Source of the DNA: the human T2T-CHM13v2.0 reference genome, Homo sapiens
DNA length: 64,000 nucleotides
Direction: 5' to 3' (one strand)
NCBI RefSeq assembly: GCF_009914755.1
Contig: NC_060947.1
Below are positions 1 through 14,559 of the stretch, one piece after another. Below the pieces are notes generated by a model. It did not search any database, had not been told where the DNA came from, and saw nothing but the letters and a program-made list of their open reading frames with translations. Positions within the stretch are counted from its first letter, which is position 1, and each line of letters starts with the position of its first letter. A program made the translations under genes and the position numbers.

Positions 1-761
1 GACACCACGACTACAATGTTGATTCCAATCCCCCTTCCTAAGTGCAAATCAGCTACTTCAGCCCAACTTGGAGAGTTGCTTAAGGGACCTATTCTAATGA
101 ATAGCCTAGAGTGACTGGAACACATTCTCAAGTGTGTAAATAGTGCTTTTGAAATATTTGAGGGGGCTTAAAAACAGCTTGTTCTCTTTAAGTAGCCTAT
201 TCAGTTAAACAAAATGTATCAAGTATCTCCAATGACAGGCACTGCTTGCTGGGTTGGGGCCCAGGAAGGCCTCAAAACAGTTAAGACTGCCTTGGTGCTC
301 TCCAAGGAGGCCTAGCCTCAGAGGTGAGACCAACATAAATCCAAGTGACCCCCAATCCAAGGCCCAACAGTAAGTGCTGTGGTCCAATAAGAAGATGAGG
401 AAATGAAGTGGGGATGCCCTGGGCCAGCTTGGGGTGGAGGAATCACAGAGCAAGGGAAATGGGGAGACTTGAAAGGCCAGCTTAGATTTAGGTGGGCAAT
501 GCTGAAGGCAAGGGCATTCCAGGTAGAGGGAACCCCATTAGGCAAACACACAAAGATGACAGTCTGCGAGACACATGTAGAGAACAGTTGTTCACATTTC
601 CAGCATCCATTGCCCACTATTCCTGCAAAAGCCCCCACTTATCCTTTGGTGCACCAACTCTCTCCCACCCTCTTAAGTTGAAAGGGGTTCACCAGGGCCC
701 TCCCCCTTAGGCCTGCCAATTAAAATACCTCTTCTCCCTGGCCACAGTGACTGGTTCACGA

Positions 762-1378
762 TGTTATATGTAAAAATGTTTATTTAGAAATAGAATGTTT
801 GTTCCCCAGTGCCACAAAGAAATAGCACTTGAACATAAATTTAATTCTCTCAGCAAGGCCATTTTTACTTTCTGCAGAAAGGGCACACTCGCCAGCAGTT
901 TTGCCACAAGAGTATACCGAACAAAAGAGACAGGGTCATTTATAACCTGACGCATTCACCCTACTGCTGTCACCGGTTTCCACTGGCTGCAACAGGACCT
1001 CACATTCTGTATTTGTCCCAATTGGCTAGCAACTTAGAACTTTTTAAAAGAGGCAAAGGCAGAAGAGAACAAAGGAAGGAAGAGGTAACTTGCGGAATGC
1101 TGAGAAAGGTAAAAAACTCCTCCAAATAAGGAAGGGGAACGGGCTATGACCTAATGCTTGCTTGGACCAGTATAAGCATGCCAGGGCAAATATTTAGGCT
1201 AAATTGTGGGAGCTAAGAACACAAAGTACATTGATTTCTGTATTACGGCTAGCGGATATTTTAAAACGTTAGCACAGTTATTTGAATAAATTTCGCTTCT
1301 AAGAGAAGTTACTATTTATTCCTAATTAGACGGAGAGGAAAGTCTCTTTGAAGAGGAACCTCTACTTCACTTTTTACA
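762..1378 (-). mobile_element. Solo LTR, LTR10 family (HERV-I/IP group)
   Basis: TG...CA ends; minus strand starts TGTAAAAAGTGAAGTAGAGGTTCCTCTTCAAAG; shares a block with the LTR at 34545-35099 (both give the ORF motif MALLRELNLCSSAISL). Confidence 0.75.
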
Positions 1379-1442
1379 AAGATGAGCTCGTGGCCTGGGC
1401 TCATCCAATCAGAGGAAAAGTCAGGATATGATGGGTGCATGA

Positions 1443-1769
<327 letters not shown>

Positions 1770-2650
1770 TGAACCTTGGTCCATCTTAACCTTCGGATCA
1801 GGACTGCTGCAATTGCTACAGGCTGTTCCCTTTGAAGCCACCTTGGAAAATCACCATATTGAATCAGTTCCTCGGAAGAGGCTATTAAGGCCTTCCTGGA
1901 ATTGCAGGTGAGTTCACAGTTCTTGGAAAATCCCAATCAGAATTTTGTTTGAAAGGAGGAAGGAAATGGGTAGCAACAACAGCATTTTCCAATGTTCCAA
2001 ATCTATGTGCACGAAGCAACTTTTTCTAGAATTCTCAGCCACCTGGAAACCAAGAAGAGGTTACTCAGGGTATATTCTAGCCCTCAATCATTACTGAGGG
2101 TACACAGAGTACTCAGTTTTTTATCATAAGGACCAGCCCCCACAGCAACTTCTTGAGCTACCTTTTCTGTAGAGCCTTGACTCAGCGACCACCCCATACC
2201 TGAGATAAGAGATAATGTTTTTTCTGCAACTTGCTCACCCTTCCAGGAAAAACTCTTCTTTACTGACGATTTAGAATGTTACAATATAGGCAATGGAATC
2301 CATTAAGTTAATGTTTTCAGAAGAAATGAGACATCAGAGCTATGCTTTAGGAATGACACAAAGGATGACATTTGGGGGAAATAATGAATTGCAAGGAGAG
2401 ATTGAAGAGAAGAAGATGAATTGAGGGTTTCTCTTTTAATTCATGACAGATGATGCTGACCTGGATTGGGGCAGTGGCAGCAGGGAGAGAGGAGGGGACC
2501 AAAGTCGTGAACATTAGGAATAGAATTAGCATTTATGTGGAGATTAAGGGTAAAGCCAGGATCAGAGGTGATCCTGGTGATTCCCTGGTTTCTAAGTAAT
2601 TCTGGAAATGGTTCACTGAAACTTAGGCCCTTAAAAATCCCTTAAATCAG

Positions 2651-2936
2651 GGCCGGACACGGTGACTCACGCCTGTAATCCTGGCACATTGGAAGGCTGA
2701 GATAGGAAGACTGCTTGAGCTCAGGGATTCAAGACCAGCCTGGGCAATACAGTGAGATCCCGTCTCTACAAAAAAAATCTAAAAATTAGCCAGGTGTGGT
2801 GGTATGTCCCTATAGTCCCAGCTATTTGGAGAGCTGAGGAGCTGAGGTGGGAGGATAGCTTGAGCCTGGGAGGTTGAGGCTGCAGTGAACCGTGATTGCA
2901 CCACTGCATTTCAGCCTGGGCAACAGAGCAAGACCC
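2651..2936 (+). mobile_element. Alu (AluJ-like)
   Basis: GGCCGGACACGGTGACTCACGCCTGTAATCC start, dimeric body. Confidence 0.9.
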
Positions 2937-3074
2937 TTCCCCTCAACCCTTAAATTGTCCATTCCTCCCAATAAAATCCCTTAAATTGTCTATCAAGTAG
3001 AGTATATCCAGTTTCATGTATACAACCTTTGTACACTAAAGGTTTTTGGTACCTCTGAGCTAAACTAAAAAGAG

Positions 3075-3105
3075 GTGTGCGTGTGTGTGTGTGTGTGTGT
3101 GCGCA

Positions 3106-3149
<44 letters not shown>

Positions 3150-3169
3150 TGAGAGAGAGAGAGAGAGAG
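3075..3169. repeat. Compound (GT)n(GA)n microsatellite
   Basis: Directly visible. Confidence 0.95.
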
Positions 3170-6100
3170 AACAGACTATCTTAGAAAAGATAAGAAAGTA
3201 CAAGAAGACAAACTCAGTGGCTAAGGGGCAGGGTGTGAATGTATTGCTTATTCAAAATAATAAATATGGTTAAAATTTAAAATATATATAATTAAAATTA
3301 ATAAAGTTAGTAGCAAGCCAAGCATGTGTCAAGAGTCATCCAGCAGTAACCCTCAGCAAACAATATTGCCGCCAAACTCAGAATGATTCACTTGATAACA
3401 GTAAGACAAGAGCTTCAGCAGGACAGTGCAGGGAGGGCTCTGGCACTCTGGCTGTAATGAGCTCTGCATCCTTCTTCCTGTAGTTCTCCAGTAAGTAACT
3501 ATTTGGCTGGATTTCGTAGCCTATCTTTTTATCGTATGTACATCCCACCCCTTTCAAGGAAAGCAGTGATTCTCAGAAATAATAAAGTCACATTTTAAAA
3601 AGCAATAATTTCTTTCCTGAATTCAGACCCATGATGGATTTTGGGTTTTACATCATTTTGCAAAGCAGTTTCTGTTCTTTCTGTTTCTACTGGTGGAGAG
3701 ACCTGAGGCCCATACAATGCTTTGTCTAAAAACAGATCCATTAAACCCTAGTGACACAAAGAAACTGCAGCAGAAGCTTTGAAATTCAAGAACTTTTCGC
3801 AGGCTTTTTTTGTTGTTTTGTTTTTGTTTTTTACTTTGGGCCAGGTCAAATTTTTAGCTTTGGTGTATTCCCCTCTCTGATCTTTGAAGATAGTCCCCCA
3901 AAAGCCAGGTGAGGAGAGTGCAGGAAAGAAAGGATGGTGGGGAGTAACCCTTAAGATTCCATAGAATAAGCAATAGAATAAGCACCACGAGAATAGACAT
4001 CAAACATTATCAGAGCTTTGTTTTTTCCCCAGTGGAGTAATAGGTGAATTTAATTTCTGCAGATTATCAGCTGTGAGCATATGTTACATTTTATTTTACA
4101 TTGTATTTCAACAAAAACAAATCAGTATAAACACTCCTAAATAGTATAAGAGACTCATTAAATGATTTTATAGTATTTTTTCTGCAAACAAAATGCCTTT
4201 CTGTAAATAAGAAAAAAATCATTTTAAATTGCAAATGCTTTCCCTTTTTTTAATGGAAAAATAATCAGGCGCAATTTTTTTCAATGAATAAAGATTTCCC
4301 CAGACAGACTTGTACTAAATGTTAACATTTTAAACATTTCAGTGATGTAGTATGCTAACTACATACACATACACAATAGCTAACATGAAGAAAAGTTAAA
4401 ATCTCCCTTAAAAAACTGAAAATTGATCAAACTAATAATTCAAATTTTTAAAAAATTCAATGTTTTCCTAAAAATAGCTTTATATTTTAAGGACTTATTA
4501 GAAAAATGAAGCTGCAAAGTAACTTATAGAATAAAACCATACAAGCAAGTAGGTAATTTACTATAAAATTCATTGTCATCCTCCTAAGTTTTTCAGTATT
4601 ATATAAAAACTATAAATGTTAAAATAAATGTTTACAAAGGAGGATGTGACTAAGGCAACAGGAGGATGGGGGTTGGGGAGACACTTCTGGGGTAATCATA
4701 AATGTGTTATTTCTGGATCTGAGCACTGGTAATACAGCTGTATTCATTTGGGAGCACTCGTGGAGATGGACCATTATGAAATGGGAACTTTTCTGCATAT
4801 GTGTTATACTTCTATTTTAATAAATAACATTAAAAGCAAAAAAGAGGGGAAAGTCAAACAGAGGAGTTGAATGTTACAGAATTTTAGGATGGTGACCGAG
4901 ACTAGGTTGGATATTGTGAATAACAATAGTGACAATAACTACCATGTATATGGCTAATAATTATTTCAGTGAACACTTATCCTGTGCCAAATATTGCTAT
5001 AAGTACTTTACATATATTGACAAATTTAATTCTCCCCAACCCACTGAAGTATGCACTATTATAGTCTCCATTCTACAAATGAGGAAACTGATAAACAGAG
5101 TGGTTAAGTAACTTGCCCAAGGAGGTTATAGACTACTATTTCAAGAAGTTTATAGTGAATGAAAAAAGAGAACAGTAAATCATGCAGAAAACAGGGAGGT
5201 TTGTTTTTTGTTCTGTTGTATAGGCAGGGGTTGAGCGCATTTATGTTTCAGGAGAGAAGCCAGGGAAAGGGGAGTGAAAGTGCTTGATCCCTCCCTCAGG
5301 CGACCAGAAAGGATGGATCAAGAACCCAAGTATGTACAGCTTTGCCCAAGGGAATGGCCTCCCCTAAGATCTGAAAAGCCAAGAGTTCTGTGCACTAGAG
5401 AGCAGAGAGAACACACCTTAGGTAAAGTAGATTGTTGAGGACCTTGCTGAACGATGAGGAGGCCAGGAGTGGGTAAAGAAAGCTGGAGAAAATATGCAGT
5501 GAGGATTCCTCAATGTCTATCACAGTTAAAGCAATTGCACATGTCTGAATCCCACCCCAGGCCTACTGAATGGCATTCTCTGGAGGTGGATTCCCCGTGA
5601 CAGCATTTTTAACCAGCTCTAAAGGTGCTTCCGATGTCCCTTAAGTTTAAGAGACATAGTGGCATGTGAGATCCACAGACAGAGGATGAAGTGAAGAAGG
5701 ATCCACCCTCTAAGACGGAGCATGGAGGGACAGTTTCCCCAGAAACTGGGACTTTTTAAATAAGTTCTTCAAATGATTCTAATGTAGGTAGTCTGTGGGC
5801 CACACTGAGGAAGTTTTGCCTGTAGGGTGACAGTGGCTAAGCATGTAGACTCTGGAGCCAGATTCTGAATACTGTACTACTATTACCTGTGCAACCTTTG
5901 GCAAGTGAGTTAACCTCTCTGTGCCTCAATTTTCTCATCTGAAAAATGGGGCTAATAATAGATAGTACCCATTTCATAAGGTTGTTGTATTAAATAAGTT
6001 GATATATGTAAAGTGCTTGAAACATAATAAACATCCAATACTCAGTAAATATTAGCTATCAGTGTTGCTTTGTTTTTATCATTCACCATAGTTGGGGGGT

Positions 6101-6844
6101 GCAGGACCACTGAAAGTATGACCTGAAAAGTAGGTTAGGCAATGGAATGTTCAAGTAGACTCATGAAAATCACCCGAAAAGTCTTGTGACCAGCTCAGGA
6201 GGAGAAAGGGGGACTAAAACCTAATAATGAGGCAAAGTGAGAGTTGTACTCCTTTATGACTCGTCTGACTAGGGTCCCTCATTGGTGAAGACAGTCATTG
6301 ACAGGGGAAGTGTCACGCAGTATAGAGCTACATCTGGCAAAGTGAGAGTGGCAGGGAGATGGACATAAAACTGCTGCTAGGCCCTCCCTAGATGGAGAGC
6401 ATACTGGTTATTGAAAGAGGCTAATGTATTCAAGAAAGACTTGATAAAAAGAGTAGCTTGGGAACCAGTACTGCAAGGATGGCCAACTGCTTAAAATCTG
6501 CCTTGTTCTGTCCCTGGTGGGAAACACCAGGCTCTAAAAGTGCTCTCAAATCAACTAAAGTCCTTTATTACCATCTGACTAAAGGCCTTAGATTCTAAGC
6601 TAAGCCTCCTTGGCAAGCATTTGGAGACCTGTCACCAGCCACAGGGCCAGGCTGCTGCTTAGCCTCTTGGTGTGTCTTTTGCTCCTTTGCAACTTAATCC
6701 TGTTTTGGATGTCAGTTAAGCGGGACACAGAGAGGCTAGAGAGAAAGCTGGAACCCAGGTCCCAAGAGAAACAGTTGAAGGAGCTGGGGCTGCTTAGCTT
6801 GAAGAAGAGAAGACTTGAGTGTTTTGAATGAACTTCTTCAAGTT

Positions 6845-7174
6845 GGTTTTTGTTTGTTTGTTTTGTTTTTTGTTGTTGTTGTTGTTGTTGTTTTTGAGAT
6901 GGATTCTTGCTCTGTCTCCCAGGCTGGAGTGCAGTGGCACGATCTCGGCTCACTGCAACCTCCACCTCCTGGGTACAAGCGATTCTCTGCCTCAGCCTCC
7001 CAAATAGCTGGGATTACAGGCACCCGCTACCATGCCCAGCTGATTTTTGTATTTTTAGTAGAGAAGGGGTTTCACCATGTTGGCCAGGCTGGTCTTGAAC
7101 TCCTGACCTCGTGATCCACCTGCCTTGGCCTCCCAAAGTGCTGGGATTACAGGTGTGAGCCACCGCGCCCGGCC
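6845..7174 (-). mobile_element. Alu with (TTG)n-derived tail
   Basis: Antisense Alu consensus. Confidence 0.9.
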
Positions 7175-7209
7175 CAAGTTTTTTTAAAATCAATTTAGCT
7201 GGTAGCAAC

Positions 7210-7734
7210 TGTCCCTCGCAGCCACCAGAGGCCCTGTCAAAAGAACATCAGCAGGGGACCAACTTGCATGGGTCCCTTTTGGCAGGCAGCCTCAGGGTCA
7301 GGGGTCAGACTGCGGGCACTGCTTCAATGACACAACTACAATGTGAAAGTCTAAGAGTTCTTATTAGCACTTACCCACCCTGGGGTGTACACGGCATGCC
7401 CTGGAGGCCGCATGCACACAGGCACACACACAAGGTCAGGGAGCACGTGAGAGAGAAGAGAGCATGTCAACTAGCAGCATATATTGGAGAATAGGGTGTG
7501 TGGGGGTCGCTTTTAATTTCACAGGCAAATGCTTGAATGGTCCTGCACCAGAGATGTCTCTAAGTTCTTATCTCCAAACACCTACTGGAGCCATTTGGGT
7601 GTGGTGTCGAACTGGAAACGGTACTGGAAACGGTGTCAAGGGTGATTGAATGAGACCTGCCTCTGGCACGAGAAAGCTAAACCTGCATTCAAAATGAATG
7701 CCGAGGCAACATAAAATTATAAGCATTCACTACA
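7210..7734 (-). mobile_element. Solo LTR, LTR18-like (ERVL)
   Basis: TG...CA ends; minus strand starts TGTAGTGAATGCTTATAATTTTATGTTGCCTCGGC; near-TSD gcaac/tcaac. Confidence 0.65.
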
Positions 7735-8875
7735 TCAACGCAGTGTGGGTTCTGTACCTCTGAAGGGCTATTATAAAGCTGCAAGAGCAGGTGGGATGTG
7801 AGGGGTGGTGCCCAAGGGGCAGAACTAGGATTCATAAGTGGGTAGAAATTTCAGGGAGGCATCTTTCAGCTCAATACAAGGAATTAACTTTCTAAGAGAA
7901 CTGATCGACCATGAATCAGAATGGATACCTTGTGAGGTACTGGGTAATGAGTTCCCTGTCACTGGAGGAGTGCAAGCTCAGGTTGTATGACAAGTTTACA
8001 GGAGAGCACATTTAAGCATCCAGTTAAACTTTACAGCTAAAACGCTTGTTCTCTGTTTGTGTTCAGCAGCCTGGTTTCATTTCATAACCCTTGGCTTCTT
8101 AGCCCTGGGCTTTAACAGGCTGATTTAACATCTGGCAACCAGGTCACATCTAAATATAACTAGGAAATGGATGTTGGGTAGCACTTTGATTCTCTCATAA
8201 GCCCCAATTAGGTCCATGAGCGTCTCTCCTTTCTAGCTACCGTCACCTCTCCTCTCTCAGACTGCCTACAAAGTAGGATACATTTCTCTGGTTCCCTGAT
8301 TTCTTGCTGTCTTTGAAACAAACCCATAGGCCCTTTAGGATTTAGGATAGGAGGTGACAAAACAGCAAACATGGGCAAGTAATCCAGAGGCCCAGGAACT
8401 TTGTCCAAGTTTCCAGAGCAGATGTCCATTGTCTACTAAACAAGTGCTTCTCAAACTTTCATGTGCATTGAATCACCCCGGGATCTTGTTACAATGAAGA
8501 TTCTGATTTAGGATCCTGAGAGTCTGCATTTCTAACAAACGCCTGATGATGCTAATGCTGCTGGTCCATGAATCTAAGACATTATGTAAATGGCAGGTAA
8601 CTCACATGCCTACAGGATTAGCATAAATAGTTGAGCGAAGCCCAGGGGTTCTGAGAAGGTAGCAAATGGATAAACCAGTTGCTCTTCAAATATCCCTGGA
8701 CTCCCTGGGCCCTAGATCTCGTTACCTACCCCATCCCCCTGCCCAGGTGAAGGCCTCCTTGGCATTTTCTTCAGATTTCTTCCTTCAAAACAAAGGGCTT
8801 GGAATCCACAAAGGGCGCCGCCCACCACCAGGTACAACGTTTAAAAAAGTTTTTAATTTAAAAAATTTTATTTTT

Positions 8876-9678
<803 letters not shown>

Positions 9679-10330
9679 ACACACACACTTTAAACAGAAG
9701 GTTTGCTGCAGTTGTTTTTTGCCAGTAGACTCCAGGACAAACCCCAAGTTGGAGGGCAAAGACTTTCACCTCTGTAAAAGAATTGTTCCTTCCATAAGAG
9801 GTTCATCCAGTAAGAAAAATGGTAGTAGAGAAAGAGACTTAAGCCTGGGTTTATAATCATTGAAGAAGACCCTACCCCACCACCTTGGTCCCTCAGGGAA
9901 GTAGCAGTGGAGAGCAAAACCCAGCTCATTCTACAGAAGCCCTCTTTCATAATGGAAGCACAAATACCTCCCCAAAAGGAGCTGTGCTAACTTTCAAGAG
10001 TGGTGGGCATCCTGTCATGAAACAGCCTGGGCACACAGCTATATGAGTCAGATATGGTAAACACCAAGCATCCCAAGGAGGGAAAGGTTCTCAGAACTAG
10101 CTGCCTCCCCAAGGGAAGGAAGAGTTGTGTTCAAGGCTCCAGGACATCATCCCTCTCACACCACACTATGCTCTGGGCGCATGGAGGGGTGGTGGACCTC
10201 ATACCTCAGGGGCATGTTCTGTTGGAAGTGGCTCAAACGAGACACTTACAAACCTGTCTCAGCAGCCTGCCTGTCAAATTATACCTCTGTGCTGGGTCAA
10301 ACTTTTGGCCAATTAGAACTTAGAAGAGCA

Positions 10331-11086
<756 letters not shown>

Positions 11087-12884
11087 CTACTTGGTAGGAA
11101 TGCCACAGTTGTTGCAGAGAAGCTGTGTTAAACTGGGAAAAGCTTGCTTTGAGAATCGATCCAATTAGACTGCAATTCTAGCTCCCCCACTTTCTAGCAC
11201 TGAGACCTTGGAGCAAGTTACTTCACTGCTCTGTGCCTCCGTTTCCCCCTTGCAAAAACAAAGCAAGACCTACCTCTTCAGTGTATTGTGAGGATTTAAC
11301 GAGGCATTTGTGAAAGCACTTGACACAGAGCATGTGCTCTAAAAATGTTTCTTTCCTTCCTTTGGCCTGGCAGCATATGTTTACTAAGGAAAGCTGAGAC
11401 ATAGAGAGGCCAGCCCTATCCCTTGGACTGATGCCAAATTGGAGGCCTCTACATGCCATGCCCAGGAAACAAATATAAGACCAGAAGAAGATTAGATAAA
11501 GCTGCTGTCTGCCTGCCTGCCAATGTGACAGCTCTTTTGGGTTCTGACAAAGGAGAGCAAGCCAGTCTGAACAGAGTACCAGCTCTGGGAGTTTCGGATC
11601 CCAGAAAAAGGTCCTAAGTCCTGGGTGACAAAGACAAGGTCTCTAACTGCCCCAGTCTGGCATACATAGTCGGAGGCTGGCAGATGCATAGAAGAGGCCT
11701 AGACGGGGAAATAAAGATGGCTCCAACTCTGACTGCCACGAAAAATGTGGTTTCTGGAGTCCCGGGTCAAGAAGCTTCCCTCTTTCTGAGCGCCAGAGAA
11801 GAGTTCCAGAATGAACAGGAAGTGCAAAGAGAGAGCCAGCCGAGAGGCAACCCTAAAAGAACTATCCATCAGAGGCTCAGATCACAACTGCTCTTCTATG
11901 CATTGGCTTAAAAATCAAATTCCATTCTGGACAAATTTCCTTATTGCACGCAAGCTGCTCTAATTTCAAGAATGTCAAATACGCAGCCAAATGCAATTAC
12001 ATTTTAAGCACAGCACTCACTTGAAATATAGCACAAATTTCTAAACCAATTTTAATCAAATTACAGAGAGGGCAGACATGCTCAGCAACCTGAAATTCCA
12101 CCTGATCCAGAGAGCCTTTCCTGATTAGTTAGAAGAGTGGCCAGTTCACTGGCTCTCCCCTGCCTGTTGTGTTCACTGTCTGCTCTCAGGTATGTCTTTA
12201 TCCTTATTCTTGTACACTGTGTAGATGTGTTTGTTGATTATGCATTTCTGCCCTGGTTACCTGTTTGCTTGGTTAATCACATGTCCTTTATGCCTGAGCA
12301 GTCTTTTGGCTATTTCCTTCTGGTGCCTCTCTGTGGGCATGGGCCTGGCCTTGGAATCCTCCCATGCAGGGCTTCTGCCCAGGTGCTTAATAAGGGTTCT
12401 TTGAGAATGAAAGCTCAAAAAGTCTTAGGCCAAACCAGGTGGCTGCTGGGACATTATGTGACAGCAAGTCTAAGCCCTCCCCCAGAATTTAGGCAATAAC
12501 TCATTTATTATCTGGGCAATGGGTCTAAGTGCCTTAGTGTCACTCTGGTCTAGAAGACTGGCCTACCCCTCACAGCCAAGCATCACCAGAGATGCCTGCA
12601 TGTATATTCCTGCCACAGGTGGCTGGAGGAAGAGCTGCCTGTGTGCTCCCTCTAATGCTCAGCCCACTGACCAAGACCTGAGGGAATCATATCCAGGGGG
12701 CAGCTGACAGAAAGGAGATCAGAAGTTAGCTAATGAAGAGGTCTGTGACTGGCTTTGGGAGTTCTTCCATTGGGAAACCCACATTGTTGATTTCTGGATT
12801 GCCCCAAAAGGCTTCAGGACCGTCATTCAGGCACAAAAGGGCTCTGGGCTCCATGGACTGCCTGTAGCTCACACCCACTTCTTG

Positions 12885-13190
12885 GTTCTCTCTCTCTCTC
12901 TCTCTCTCTTCTTCCCTCTCTCCTTCTGCCTCCCTCTCCCTCTTCTTCCCTCTCTCCTTCTGCCTCCCTCTCCCTCTTTTCTTCTCCTCTCCCTCTCTCT
13001 GACTCTTTCCATCTTTGACAGTGTGTGTTTGTCTCAGTCTTTTTCTCCTCCATCTCCATCTCTCTGTTCTCTCTGTCTCTGTCTCTTTCTCTTTCTCTTC
13101 CACTCCCACTCCTCTCTCTGTCTCTGTCTCTGTGTCTCCACTCTCACTCTTGCTCTCTCCCCCTTCTCTCTCCTCTCTCTTACTCTCACT
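12885..13190. repeat. CT-rich polypyrimidine low-complexity tract
   Basis: (CT)n and CTCTCCTTCTGCCTCC repeats; source of the spurious ER/LS-rich ORFs. Confidence 0.9.
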
Positions 13191-14559
13191 GTCTCATCAC
13201 TACACACTCCATATGTCCATATACAGAAACACCCATTTTTCCCTTTAACAAGCCCACAAATTAAAAAAGGTAATTTCACTTAGAAACTAAGAGAAAGGAA
13301 GTAGCCCAGAGCACAGATGTCAGCCTCAGTCAGGATGTTAAACCAACCCCCCTTAACTCTTTTTCTGTTGTGTGATGAGGTCTCAGGGCTCCAGCCCCCA
13401 CAGGAACTGTCGTCCTGCCAGAATTTAACTCACTGGAACCCAAGAGTGACTCACTGGGATGGACAGTCATGAGTTGGATGACAACTTGCTGGGATCTCTA
13501 GCATCAGATTGAGGAATGAGGGTGGACTAGATGGAGCAGATAAATGACTTTTAAAGTCTGTCCTTAATGCAAGATTCTGAGATTTTTACAGTTGTGACAT
13601 ACTTGAGACTGAAATGACCAGATAGTATTGAGTTCTGGGCTTTATACATTAAGAGGAACAAACTAGAATATGTCCAGGGGAGTGTTAGTAGGATGGAGCA
13701 GGGACTGGAGACCGTGTCACTGTCTCAAAACCAACGTGAACTAAGTGCCTACTGCATGCCAGACACTGGACTCAGCACTAGGCATCCAGATTAATGAGGT
13801 ACAGCCTTTTGACTTCAAGAACTCACTTGAGTGATCAAATCTAGAAATAGGAGTTTAATAATAACAACATTCATTGAATGCTTGCAATACATCACACACT
13901 GTTCAAAGCTTTGTGCTTGTATTATCTGATTTAATCCCTATTTCACAGGTGAGGAAACTGGGACACAGAGAGGTTACATGTGGTGACAGTTTGGTGCCAT
14001 GAAGATTGATTGAAAGATCTAGGGCTGTCTAGCCTGAAGAAGATTCAAGGGAATGTGGGCCTCTTGTCTTCAGACTTCTCTCAGAGTCCAAGAGAACAGG
14101 TGTATTTGTACATGGCCACTGAGGGCAGAGCTGGAACCCAAGAGTGGAAGCATATCTGGACTTAATGAAAGGAAAAAATCTGCCTTAGGAGTCAGAGTTG
14201 TCTGTGGGTAAAACAGGTTGCCTGGAGAGGAAGGGAGATGTCTAAGCAGAGGCTGGATGATCACTCAAGAAGGGAGGAGGTGAAGAAGATGTTCCTAAAG
14301 GTTTCTTGTAGTTCTGAGGGGCTAGACATCTCTATTTTCTGGCTGCACACTAGCTTGAGGACCCAAATATGTCCCTTTAAAGTCCTATGGATATCCATAC
14401 TTCAGCTGTCAGAGATAAATATGCCCATCTCTGTATGTAGGAAGCCCCTGTGGCCTGCTTTTATGCTCATCCTTCTGCACAGAGTCCCTAATTATCTTCT
14501 TTTGTCCCATGCCGAAGGGGTTTGGGGCCATGCTTTGAAAAGAATCCCACCACAGTCCT

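Noticed and set aside
12726-13283. Several ER-rich and LS-rich ORFs
   Set aside because: Translation of the CT/GA low-complexity tract
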